Below, piece by piece: positions 51,590 to 64,000 of a stretch of 64,000 nt of DNA. The stretch lies in the NCBI GenBank assembly GCA_012295275.1, contig CM022678.1, positions 6,138,001 through 6,202,000 on the forward strand, in the 5' to 3' direction. The stretch comes from Chrysomallon squamiferum (Eukaryota; Animalia; Mollusca). The position numbers were made by a program, and so were the translations under genes. Each line of letters begins with the position of its first letter. The first letter of the stretch is position 1. The notes under the pieces are model-generated. The model was not told where the DNA came from, ran no database searches, and saw nothing but the letters and a program-made list of their open reading frames with translations.

Positions 51590-54500
51590 CAGAGATGCTG
51601 GTGGATCTTTTGGCAAAATGGAGGCTGCCCAGGAAGAGCAATATTTCAGAAAATTGGTAATTTTTTTTTTTTTTTACATATTTACATATTTTTTTTTTTT
51701 ATTATTATTTTTTTTAACCAAACATTCTTATGGGAACTAATGGAAAAAAATGAGAAAATCATTTTTGTAAATGTTTGTAAATAAATGGGTATTAAAATAA
51801 ACTTAGTATGAATTTGAACATGATGAATTCAGTGTGAAACTGATCACGAGAAATGGAGTATGAAATTGAGTGACAATTCAGTGTGAAAATTGTATGTCAT
51901 GAATTTTTTTGTGAAATTAATTATGATAAATGTACTGTGAAATTGAACTAAATAATTTTTAATGTGAAATTAATTATGATAAATGTACCATGAACTTGGG
52001 CGACATATTGATACGAATTTGAACAAAATGAATTTTATATGAAATGTAGTGTGAAATTGAGTGAAAATTTACCATGAATAAAACAGAAACATTTTTGGAA
52101 CCAGAGTGACATTAGAATTTATAAGAAATTGAGTATGAATCTGAATATTTGATACAAGATTGAATATTACAAGGCTTTAGCAAAAAATCAGGGTGAATTA
52201 TATGAAATTCAGTGACATAGGAATTTTATATGATACAAGTGAGCTAGCTGGACATTTTTTATTATTAAACTGGCCAGCTAAATTTTATTTCTAGTTTTAA
52301 TTATTATTTTGTTTTGTAATTATATTGATAGATCATACTTACTATTGTTTATTTTTTGTTTAAAAATCAAATAAATGTAGCTTTTTTTTTTTTTATCTGT
52401 TTTAAATGCTGATGTTTTCTTCAAAGAAAAAAATTAATAGAAAAGGTTTCGATAACATTTTTTAAAAAATCAACATAAAATGCTATCTGTAATTTCAAAA
52501 AGAGAACAAATTAGGAAATTTTATTTCTCAATTCTTTTTCCAAAAAAAAAAAGATTTGACTACAGCAAGCTGGAAAAAAAAAAAAAAAAAATACAGTCCA
52601 CTTTAAGTTTAAGACGTGCTCAAGTAGTTTTATTAGTTGTTTTTTTTCTGTTGCGTACAATTTTTTCATCACACGGTAAGACCCACTTCTTTTCTGTCAT
52701 GATTGATTTGCATTTAAAACAGCAAGCTGAACAGCTGAAAGAAATGAGAAAAATGATGGCCGATGAAATCGAATACCATTCAAAACAAATTGAAACGCAT
52801 AAGGTATATGTACGCTCGCAGTACAGAACTTTCGGTCCTGTACTGTACTGTGATATATGTATACGTATCATACACATGCATGTGTGGTCATGTATAGCCA
52901 CAGGTGTTTGCTTCTTGCATGCTATTCCATTTTCTGTTCAAATATATGGGTTTGTGAGACCTTGATAAAGTTGAGAGTTAATAGTAGCAAGTTTTGATTT
53001 GTTTTACTTTATCAGAAATATATATGTATAAATATATATGTATATGTATGTATGTATATGTATGTATGTATAACATATATATATATATTAATATATGAAT
53101 AACTTTATCAAATTAATGTAAAATAACTTTATCAAGAATGTAAACCTGTATGTTTGAAAATCCATGTGTAGAAGTAGATGGATTCCTATTATTTTTTTTA
53201 TTTTTTTTTTTTTGCATCTATTATTTTACTAATTTATCCTTCTATGTGTGTGTCTGTCTGTCAATGTGTGTGTATAGCAAGCTGAACAGTTAGAAAAACT
53301 TCATCAGCACTTAGAGGAAGAGGTGTCTCACCACGAAGAAAGCATTAAACAACATAAGGTATTTGGAAAACAGTATCTCGAGTCATTTTCGAAAAAAAAA
53401 AAAAAATCGTCCCTTAATTAATGTGTACTTTGATGAACTAGCCGAAATACATTTCGTACATTTGTTGTACGTGATTGTTTAATTTGATTTAAATTAATTT
53501 AATTAAATATTTACTCCTTTTTTTAAATTTTTTAAATGGATTACATGATGGTAATAATAAGTACTTTGTTTAAACTTCAGTTTCATTTTAAGTGTTTTAT
53601 TTAGAGGTCTTTGTTTGATTAAATTATTATACATATTTCTTGAAAAAAAAAAAAAAAAAAAAAAAAAAGACATCTGTTGGAGAATGCATGAATGGTTCTG
53701 TATTTTTTTTTTCTTTTCTATTCTTTGTAATACCATAATCATTGCTTCAGTTTGAATTTGACACAGATTTATCATAATAAACCTCCGATTTAATTTTTTA
53801 TGTTTAAAGTCATTAAATATACTTATTAAAATAAAATATATATATATATATACATACATACACACACATGTATATTAAAAGATCATAATTAAAATGTGTG
53901 TGTTGTGTATCCTGAACAAAAAAAAAATCTGAGTAACTTTATATTTTATTATTAATATTGATGTCTGGGAATACGTAGACATAACATGTGCATATGAATT
54001 GGTTTTTAACTGTTTCATTCTTATTAACTTTCAGTAAACAAACCATGCAAACAGAAAACAATAATTAAAAAGTAATAAATGAAATAATAAAAGTAACATA
54101 TAAAAAAAAAAAAAAAGATTTTTTGGTTTATTTTATTATTTTAAAAGAAATGTATAAAATATTTGTCTCAGAAACTGTTTTATCAGTCATGTTGAAAGTT
54201 ATTAATAAACTTTTGAACTTTGACCTCTTGAGCCACATTTTTATGTAATCCCTTGCTTTGTTACAGAAATGCCCCAAATTATTTCTAGGCAAAATGAAGG
54301 AAATTTTTAATCTATAATTGATACCTTTATTTATTTTCTTTGGTGAACAAGCTCATTTTTAAAGTTTGATTAAACTTTTTTTTAGAAATATAAATTTTAT
54401 TTCTTGGTGGATGGAAATTTTATTATGGTATTTGTTTATTTAGTGGCACTAAAACATTTTTGATTTCTTTAAATTGGCTTCTGCTTTCATTTTAATTTTT

Positions 54501-55290
54501 TTAATTTTTTTTTATGTATGTATTTGTATTTGTATTCTTTATTGTGTTTTTGCTTATTAGTACAGATTAATTACTTTTTTTATTTATTTAATATTAAATC
54601 ATCTTTACTTACTTACGTACGTATTGTTGTGAAATACTGTAATTAAATTATTTTTGTAAAAACACATACTAATATGCATTTGCTACTCCCTCATTGAATA
54701 TTAATTATAAATTAAATTTTGTGGAATAATGTAACTGAATGCTTAGAAATATGTTAAATTATATTGTAGAAACATCTATTGATCATACACATACATATAT
54801 ATATTAATGTTCTTTTTATAGCACTAGAATTCAGTTTTATAAATATATTTGTAGAAAGTTATTTTCAACAAAAGTGCTGCCTTAAATCAGTTCAGTTTCA
54901 TGAATATATAAACTAATGCTCTTCATGTAAACATTGAAGAACTGTTTTTCCCATTTTTATTTTTTACCATCAAGTTTCAAAAATTATTTTCTGTTAATAT
55001 ACCACTAATAATGGTATAAAAAAAAAATGTGTGTGAATTCTTTCTTTTTCAAAAATATATTCTCAGTTTTATTAAAATGGAAATCTAAAAAAAAAAAAAA
55101 AAAAATGACCATTTTTTATAAAAACATGTAAATAACCATCATTTGACAATTCTCAGGATTTTTGAAGAAAAAAAAGTTTTCACATTTTTCTTCTTCTTCT
55201 TTTCAGGAAGCTATTGAGAGGCACAAGAAAAAAATTGGCCAGCTAAAACATGAGGAAGAGAAAACAAAGAAAAATTATGATTCAGATTAA
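48786..55290 (+). CDS. ATP5IF1: Mitochondrial ATP synthase inhibitory factor 1 (IF1), 114 aa per isoform
   Basis: Exons 48786-48829, 49399-49444, 51338-51363, 51593-51656, 52723-52803 or 53278-53358, 55207-55290. Translation MALRIRVSNTLRLIG (presequence-like) ... [36 protein letters not shown] ... EAIERHKKKI is the IF1 signature. Confidence 0.93.
52723..52803 (+). CDS. ATP5IF1: IF1 alternative exon 5a (QAEQLKEMRKMMADEIEYHSKQIETHK)
   Basis: 81 nt, ag|...|gt, phase 0-0. Confidence 0.85.
53278..53358 (+). CDS. ATP5IF1: IF1 alternative exon 5b (QAEQLEKLHQHLEEEVSHHEESIKQHK)
   Basis: 81 nt, ag|...|gt, phase 0-0, homologous to 5a. Confidence 0.88.
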
Positions 55291-55590
55291 ATGGACATTT
55301 TAAAAAATAGAATTTTTTTTAGTCCTACAAGAAAGAAGAAATTATATATAAATTGTGACAGTGTGTGTGACTTTTTTTTTCTGATTTTTTTCTGATTTTT
55401 CTGTGTACATACATTTTTTTCTAAAGTAATCAGAATGAACGAATCCGTACACTTTTTGGATTTTGATTTTATGTGGACACTATTTTTTCTTTTTTCTTTT
55501 TTTCTTTTAATTGTTATTTCATTCCTGAAAACTGGATTTTTGATGGAAAATGTTTTTTTTTTTTTTTTTTAGTGTTTAATTTTTGGCATA

Positions 55591-55596
55591 AATAAA
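55591..55596 (+). terminator. Candidate polyadenylation signal of the IF1 gene
   Basis: AATAAA about 300 nt after the stop codon, followed by a T/GT-rich tract. Confidence 0.5.
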
Positions 55597-58500
55597 AAAA
55601 ATCGTGAGAGTAAATACAGAATCTATTGATGGAAGATTTTGTTTTAGTTTTCATTTTCTATTAGTTTAGTTTAGTTAGTTAGTTAGCACGTAAGTTGGGT
55701 GTAAACAGAAATACATTTCAGTTTGATTGTTTGGCATTTTACCTTAGGACATACATGACCAGGAGATCAACCATCAAGTGGTTTTTGCTGTGTGACTGGG
55801 GTAGATCAATGTAAAGATGGATCTTGTTGCTAAATAAGGAGGGAGAGGGAGTGAGAGTGAGAGAGAGTGAGTGTGAGAGCGAGTATCTGAATAACAGTTA
55901 CTTAATCTTGTGATGGTTAGTATGACAAATTTGACCTGTGCAGGATAAAACTGAAATCTTAAACACATTAAGCATTTATTTCTTTTATCCATGCAAACCT
56001 AGATAATACAAATACTAAATGAAATTAATTGTTCTCTTTCTCAGTTCGCCACTCTCGAGGGTTGTAAGTTCATTACTTTTAAAAATGTCAGTTCTAAGTC
56101 GGGCAGTAAATATGTATCTTTGAACAGTGTATATGTAAATAAATAGCTTATTGCAGTAAAAAGAGTTGCTTCTGAAAAAAAACTGCATTTAAATTTAACT
56201 AGTCTTATTTTGCCACTATTTATATTGATTGCTGTAAAATAACAATCCCATAACAAATTAAATTTGGTAATTTAATAAGCAACAAATCTGTACATTATTA
56301 TGATTATTAACTTACGGTATGCTGCAAATATTCATAAATGACTAAAATACTGGCCTGATTAGAGAATAACAACAACAATGAAAATGCGACTTGTGATCTA
56401 AAATATACATAAAATGTTTAATAAATTACATAGTAATGACTTACGATCAAAAAAAAAAAAATATATATATATATAAAAATAAATAAAAGTATATTTTGAT
56501 ATTTGCTTTTTCGAAAACAAGTGAGGTTTTCTCAATTGTATATTTGCCTCCCCCTACTATTTAAAACAAACCAACAGCAAATATGATTTGCTATAATTAT
56601 TTTTGCTATATTAAAAAGAACACACATTGTAACTGTGCTCTGAGTAAAAATGTCTTATAATGTACCGACTTGCATCTTGAAGATGGTTCAATTAACTAGG
56701 TCACTGACAGATTACTTGGCAAATGGGCTGCAACAGAAAACTAGCAAATTTGCATAAAAGATTCTCTGTGATCTCTGAAGGTTTTGGGTCGTTTCTTATT
56801 AAAATACCATGTCTGGAACTTTAGAAGTGATAAAGTAAAGAAGAGGTGCCAGCAACTTACCTGAAATAAAAACTCAAAATGCTGGTTTTTTGCATTCTTC
56901 AAATTCTTTAATTAATTTAAATCAATACATTATATTATTGTAAAGATTTTGGCACGTGAAAAAAAAAAAAAAGAAGAAAAGAAAAACAAAAATACTGTTC
57001 TAGATTTGATATGAAAGAAAGATGTGTTTACAAAATATACATTTTCAGTATTCATAAAATATATAGATCATACATATTTTATTGCCTAATATGTTTCAAC
57101 AACTGTTTTTGAGCACAATGGAGTTGATATACAAATCAATTTTTTGTTTCCCCGACAGATGTTAAAACTATTGCTTTAATGACATAATTATGAATCCATA
57201 TTTACACAGATGTCAAAACTGCTACAGTAATAAAATAATAATTAGTCCAGCTTTACATAAATGTCAAAACTATTGCCGTAATAATCTAATTATGAATCCT
57301 TGTTTACGTAAATGTAAAACAAGTACAGTAAATGGATGAAATTACAATTTTACATAAATCTGATATCAAAATAATACCAAAATGATTCATGATTACATGT
57401 AATCATAAAAAAAAAAAATAGGCAATTTTGGATGAAATTAAATTTTACATAAATCTGATAAAAAAAAAAAAAAAATGAAAATAAATTAAACAAGAAAAAA
57501 AAAGAATAATATATAAATAAATTTTTTTTACTAAATAAGTAAAAATAAACAAAAAAAAAAAAAAAGAAAAATATATAAATAAAAAACAAATAAGCAAAAC
57601 TAAACAACAAAAATCACCCCAATGACAAAACAAATACTTTTAAGTGTAGTTTTATATACATGTGAACCTATGGTTTTGACAAATATAATAAATAAAATTA
57701 TGTTACAGTGAACAGAAAAAAAATGAAGAAAAAAACAACAACCTCAGGTGGTTAACAAAAACATCAAAAGTAGACAACACTCAAAGAACAAAACCATGAA
57801 TTACATAAGTAACATCAACCTTGCCTTATTCAAATGTTAACAACTATATATCACACAGAATCTATGAACCAGATTAAAAAAAGTTAATATTTAGCACTGT
57901 GATGTATAAATGCATGATTTACATAAATGTCAAAATTAGAACAAACTCGGGGGGGGGGGAGGGGAACTAGGATTCAAATAACAAAAAGGCTGATACATGA
58001 AAATATGAACCATTGTTAACATTAAAATAATAAATAAAAAAAAAAATACAGACATTAATTGAATGAAATCATGATTCACACAATCCCACCACAACAGATA
58101 GAAACTTTTTATAATTTAAATAATTTGAAACTAATTTAACTTGGGTTTTGTCTTTTTGAAATCAACGTCTTAAATTGCATTCTACTAAATAAATCAGTAG
58201 ATATTTAAATTTAAAAAAAAAAAAAAAAATAAAATACAGAAAATGAAGAAAAAAAAAAAAATCAATTATGATAAAAATAATTAAATATATGATCATGCTG
58301 CCATGTTTAAGTTCCATACACTAAACACAGATATGCTGTCTGTACAAATGACTTATTTTGAGTTTATTCTTATTTTTATCGTTTACTTTTGTTACAGTTT
58401 TGCTGTGGACACAGAAAACCAAACAAGATTAAAAATTTATCAAAAACTGAAGAAAGCTAATTTTTGATACTTATAAAGCTGGAATAACTTCAATTTTTTG

Positions 58501-60736
58501 GCAATCCAGAATTGAGAAAAAAAACCCAAAAAAAAAACCATCATCTGAACTCTTATAATAGTTATCACAGAAACTGATGTACTGCCATAATTTTATTTAT
58601 TTATTTCTTTTTTTTTTAACATTAATTTGTGTATCTGTTAAATGTACTAATGATTATGAATATATTTAACACTATGCTTATTTGTTTGTTTATGTAAGAT
58701 ATTAGTTAACATGAATTAAGGTAGCATTATGAAAATGTTACTTATCCTGAATATGGTTTATTCATTCATCCATAAAAGATAAACATAATTTTTTTTTTTT
58801 TTTTTCATTTGTTGAACCTGTTTAATTATTCTGAATGGAGTTATCATCATCACTTATTCATTTCTTTAAATACTTTTGTAAGCAGACAATACTTTTTTTA
58901 TTTTTTATTTTTATTTTTATTTTTTTATCAGGACATTAAAATAGTTTTTGAATAAGGTTAACACTCACTGTATTATCTTCAATAATTAAATTATATAGCA
59001 TCAATGGGAATTGTCATAACTGAATAAATTTGTATTAAGTCATGGAAACATTTGAATAACAGTATCTCTTCGTTTCCACAGCTTTTGTTGTAGTGTATGC
59101 GAACAGCAATTCTAGAAAAAAATAAAAAAACATTCCAGTTTCCTTCTTTTCATTTTATCTCAAAATCTGCTGAAGGTGGCAGCATTTAATTGTATATATC
59201 AAATGAAAGAAAAATTAAAAATAATTCTGTCTGCAACATTGTTTTGCTCAAGTAAAAAAAAAAAAAAAAAAATGATTGTTACTGGAGCAGAATGTGTTCT
59301 TTGCTTGTAGATAGTTTTAAAAAAAAATCACATGTGGTGTACCAGTTATTGGCAAAAAGTTGATGACATTTGTCCAACAGCAAAACAGACCAGAGATCGC
59401 GAGCATCCTGCCCAGGACATCAAGTTTGATGCTTCAAGGATGCAAATTCAGGTCCTTTTCATCAACAGTTTGATCTAGTCCAGGATAGACAGGAAATCTT
59501 TAAGTGCGTCTCCATTGTTTTCATAATAACAAGACTCTTGATACAAAAACCTTGCCATTTCAAAACACAGGCTTTGCCTGACTCAGAAAAAGAAGAGTTT
59601 TCAAGGGAGCTAACTCTTCTTGTTTTTTTTTTTGTTTTTTTAGTCTGGCTTAAAACAAAGGGCTAGACTGGGTTAAAGAAAGAGTATGTTGTATTTATCT
59701 GTATTGTGTACATTTCCTCAAAATTTTCATAATGTAAATTTAATTCATGTTAATTAATATCTTAAGTAAATCAGGATTTATCATTTTTTTAATTATATTT
59801 AAGATATTCATTAAATTCAATTCAGTTGATATTACGGCTTATTGAAACAAATGAATATTAATTATTATGAGTGTATTTAACCACTGATCTATTTGTTGAT
59901 TGTCTTAATAATGTCAGTTTGTTGAATATTTTAACACTGCAAAGTAATAACTTTATGTACCAGTTCATCGCAATATGCTGAATAAACTTAACATGATGCA
60001 TTCATTTTCTGAATTAACTTGAATAAATCTGATATAACTCCTTTTTTATTTATTTTTAATCAATTATGTTTTAAAAATAAAATAATAACGCATTTGTTTT
60101 AAAGTTTAATAAATATTTTAAAAATTAACTGTTTAATCATTTATTTATGTTGAATAAAAGCTTTCCTTTTTTTTTAAATTCATTTCTTGAATAATTTATA
60201 TTGAATAAAAACTTTTCATTAATTTTTTTTGTTGAATAATATTAAATACATTTTACGCCTGTTTTTTTCTTTTTCTTGCATAATTAATTTTTCTTTTGGT
60301 TTTGAGCTACTAGCTTTTATAAAACTGGAATTGTCTTGACCCTAACATATATTAACCCTACAGTTAACTAAATCAATTCTTAAACATGGATTATTTATGG
60401 AACACTAAATAAAGAAAACAAAAATACTATGTGGCTGTCTGTAATTAATTTCATGGGCAATTAAATCATTTTGTTTCATTTTATGGCCATTTGTTACATT
60501 GAAGAATATAATGATGCAAATAATTAGACAATAATTGTGTAATATATATATATATTTATCTATTTACATATGTATACGTGTGTATAAATATAAGAATTCT
60601 ATAAACAAAATGTTATACTACTCTCTGTTCATTTTTTTTTTTTTTTTTTCATACCTCTCACACTTGAAAAGATTTGCCGTTGTGAGTGTAAAATATAAAT
60701 ATAATTTTTTTTTTGGTCATAATTGTAAATAATTTT

Positions 60737-60788
<52 letters not shown>

Positions 60789-60882
60789 CACACACTCACA
60801 GACAGGCAGAGAAACAGTGATTCACACAGTTCTTCCTGTCAAGTCACTAAGAGAATACACACATCACTGCTTGCATGATCTG

Positions 60883-61497
60883 TCACACTTTTGAACTTTT
60901 AATATTTTCATCAAGTCGATGATGTTCTCCATTTTTGATTAACAATGTGGTCACTGCGTCTTTGGGTGACGACACCGAGTCTTTGGGTGACGGCACCGCG
61001 TCTTTGGGTGACGACACCGCGTCTTTGGGTGACGGCACCGAGTCTTTGGGTGACGGCACCGCGTCTTTGGGTGACGACACCGAGTGTTTGGGTGACACCG
61101 TGATATATCGGTGTTTCTTTTCGCCAGGCTGCTTCACAACGACCTCGCCAGTTAAATCTGTCTTTGCTGCTGTTGTTGAGGCCTGGTTTGCTGCTGCTGT
61201 TGTTGACCCCTGGTTTGCTGCTGCTGCTGTTGACCCCTGGTTTGCTGCTGCTGCTGCTGCTGTCGAGGACTGGTTCGCCGAGTCCACGAGCTGTTTGGAG
61301 GAGCCACTGTGCCTCCTCTGCGGTTTCTCGGCGACGTGGTGGTGTGTTTTCGCCGGAACGCTGTGCCTCCTCTTCCTCTCCTCCAGAGACGAGCAGAGGT
61401 CGCAAGAAGCGCGCGACGCTACTGGAGAATTGCCGTGCCCCCTCCTCCTCCTCGTCTCCAGAGACGACGAGGAACTGGCAGCAGCACGAGGAGCTTG

Positions 61498-61531
<34 letters not shown>

Positions 61532-62770
61532 ACATCGCCGTGCCTCTTCGCCTCCAGCGCTTTGTCGCTTCTAGAAGAACGATCGGCCGCGCCCGCCTTC
61601 GTAGCAGCCGGGCCGCTGATTTCGCCGTTCCTCTGGCCGTCCATCGTCGGGGTGACGTTGACGTGCGAGGCCAGCGTCGTCCTGCTGCTCAGAGAAATCT
61701 CCTCCGTCTTCTTGCCGCCGTCGTCGTCGTTGTCGTTGTGCGACTTGTCGGACGGCGAGCGGTACAGGACGAACGCCAGGAAGAAGAGGACGAAGGAGAG
61801 GAACTTGAGGACGAGCCCCAGCGCCAGCAGGTTGTAGCTCATGTTGCGGTTGTTGTAGAAGAAGCACGAGCCGTTGTCGTTGCAGCGCTTCTGCCAGAGT
61901 TCGCACGTCAGGTCGATCATCTTGCCGAAGAGAATCGGTCCGGGAATGGAACCTAGAAAAAAAAAAAATCAGAAACAGTCGTTCTTAATAATTTTTTTTT
62001 TTTTTTTGTTTTTGTTTTAATTATTATTATTTTTTTATTATTATTATTTTTTCTCCTTCTTCTTCTTCTTCTTCGTCTTCTTCTTCTTTTTAAATAATTT
62101 TCAACGTTCGCGCCGTCTACATTCATTTTTGTACTGGTCAAGAACTTGGTGAATTCACGAGCATGCATTCATTGTGAATATACAGTGTTTATAGTCCACC
62201 TATTCCCACACTACCATAATGGGGCTGGCTATTAGTAGTCCCAGTTTTTTTTGAATAATCAGCGATTTAAAACTTATAACTGGTAAAAATAATTGTTGTA
62301 GAAGTCATGTAGTTGTAGTTACAGTAGCAGCAGTAGTGGTGGTGGCAGTAGGAATAGCATTATATTAGAGGAGTGTAATCGTAGTAGTAGTAGTAGTAGT
62401 TCAAACAGTACAAAACTACAGTGGTAGCAGCATTATTAGCTATAGTCTTATGGTGAGGTAGTGGTGGTGGTGGTGGTAGTAGTAGTAGTAGTGGAAGTAC
62501 TACAGTAGTAGTAGTATATGCAGTCGCAATAATCTCACTAAATATGACTTGTTTTAACACCTTTAATATTAACATTAGAGGTACTTGTGATATTTATGTG
62601 AATGGAAGCATAAACCAACAGACATACTAATAATTATAATGATGTCAAAACAAACACACACACACACAGACAAACAGACTAAACTCAGTATCATACTCAT
62701 CTTACCCAGACAACGTGCTATAATCCACTGAATTCCCAATCCAACTGCTCTCTGTGTATCTGGAAGACAT
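60883..62770 (-). CDS. Organic anion transporting polypeptide (SLCO/OATP, SLCO4A1-like), last two coding exons; the gene continues beyond the window
   Basis: Exon 62706-62770 (65 nt, RCLPDTQRAVGLGIQWIIARCLG). Exon 60883-61952 (SIPGPILFGKMIDLTCELWQKRCNDNGSCFFYNN + TM12 + long tail). These are the OATP TM11-loop-TM12 signature. Confidence 0.92.
60952..61098 (-). repeat. Coding 21-bp tandem repeat x7 encoding SPK(D/H)(A/S)V(S/P/T) heptads
   Basis: Repeated tctttgggtgacg(a/g)caccg(a/c)g unit on the plus strand. Confidence 0.9.
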
Positions 62771-63228
62771 CTGTTTGTTTGAAAGAAAAAACAAAAATAT
62801 ATATATATATATAATATTATAATTGTAAACATGTGTTATTTTATATGCAATAGGTATCAGTGGCATGAGAGTGTAAATAACAAACAACACAGATTATTCA
62901 GTTTTTTTAAATGACTGACTTATCTATCTGTTTTCTGATAAAAACACATCTTGCATTTTTTTTTTTTTTTAAAGCGTGGATCTCAAAAATGATTAAGACA
63001 CGATAACATCCCCATACAAAAAGGGGAATACAAAGGAGTGATTTATAAAAAAAAAAAAAATTATTTTGTTTTATTTTATTTTATTTTATTTTTTTTATAA
63101 AAACATATAACTCCCCACAAAAAAAAAAAAAATCACAATCTGCAAGCAAATCATGATGAGTAAGAGATACTTCTAAACAAATGCTAGGCAGAACTCAGCG
63201 AAAAAAAACAACAACAAAAAACCCCCCC

Positions 63229-64000
63229 AAAAGTCACTATAGATGTAAAAGTGACTGATGTAAAAGTCACTATAGATGTAAAAGTGACTGATGTAAAAGT
63301 CACTATAGATGTAAAAGTCACTATAGATGTAAAAGTCACTATAGATGTAAAAGTGTCTGATGTAAAAGTCACTATAGATGTAAAAGTGTCTGATGTAAAA
63401 GTCACTATAGATGTAAAAGTGTCTGATGTAAAAGTCACTTTAGATGTAAAAGTGTCTGATGTAAAAGTCACTATAGATGTAAAAGTGACTAATGTAAAAG
63501 TCACTTTAGATGTAAAAGTGTCTGATGTAAAAGTCACTATAGATGTAAAAGTGTCTGATGTAAAAGTCACTTTAGATGTAAAAGTGACTGATGTAAAAGT
63601 CACTATAGATGTAAAAGTGACTAATGTAAAAGTCACTATAGATGTAAAAGTCACTATAGATGTAAAAGTGTCTGATGTAAAAGTCACTTTAGATGTAAAA
63701 GTGTCTGATGTAAAAGTCACTATAGATGTAAAAGTGTCTGATGTAAAAGTCACTTTAGATGTAAAAGTGACTGATGTAAAAGTCACTATAGATGTAAAAG
63801 TGACTAATGTAAAAGTCACTATAGATGTAAAAGTGTCTAATGTAAAAGTCACTATAGATGTAAAAGTGTCTGATGTAAAAGTCACTTTAGATGTAAAAGT
63901 GTCTGATGTAAAAGTCACTATAGATGTAAAAGTGTCTGATGTAAAAGTCACTATAGATGTAAAAGTGTCTGATGTAAAAGTCACTATAGATGTAAAAGTG
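63229..64000. repeat. Intronic minisatellite built from alternating 18-bp (GATGTAAAAGTCACTATA) and 15-bp (GATGTAAAAGTGTCT) units
   Basis: Directly visible; continues past the window end. Confidence 0.95.

Noticed and set aside
60911-61956. Several long overlapping ORFs on both strands of the SLCO terminal exon
   Set aside because: Expected by-product of a GC-rich, triplet-repeat-rich exon; only the 60883-61952 frame carries OATP motifs.
63184-63984. 266-aa TFTS-repeat ORF as a real gene, or the array as a CRISPR
   Set aside because: Minisatellite with unit lengths divisible by 3, no unique spacers, eukaryotic intronic context and no cas genes.

Overview
AT-rich, microsatellite-rich animal genomic DNA with GT-AG introns. 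It is probably an invertebrate; a cephalopod or other mollusc is only a guess from composition. The left 47 kb holds a minus-strand tandem array of three paralogues of an unusual multi-exon gene, reconstructed by hand from splice sites and phases. The longest copy (36454-46052, about 1279 aa) reads: eight A20-type zinc fingers, repeated spacer exons, a degenerate Macro-fold domain, a RING-variant, and a metacaspase/bacterial-type caspase (Peptidase C14-like) domain. It carries a 1-nt frameshift in an A-run of the last exon. The two downstream copies lack the zinc-finger exon. Copy 1 keeps the RING and the His/Cys dyad. Copy 2 has lost the RING by deletion and has catalytic Cys->Ser, yet all its remaining core exons are in frame, which suggests a decoy. 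Between the copies lie Tigger, Gypsy and Penelope-like fragments, 1.46-kb tandem repeats and duplicated TCTCGCGAGA promoter-like modules. The right part holds a plus-strand ATP synthase inhibitory factor 1 gene with two 81-nt putative mutually exclusive exons that differ in histidines. It also holds the 3' end of a minus-strand SLCO4-like (OATP) transporter with a repeat-rich tail, and an intronic 15/18-bp minisatellite. Domain calls rest on motif recognition by eye, not on database searches.
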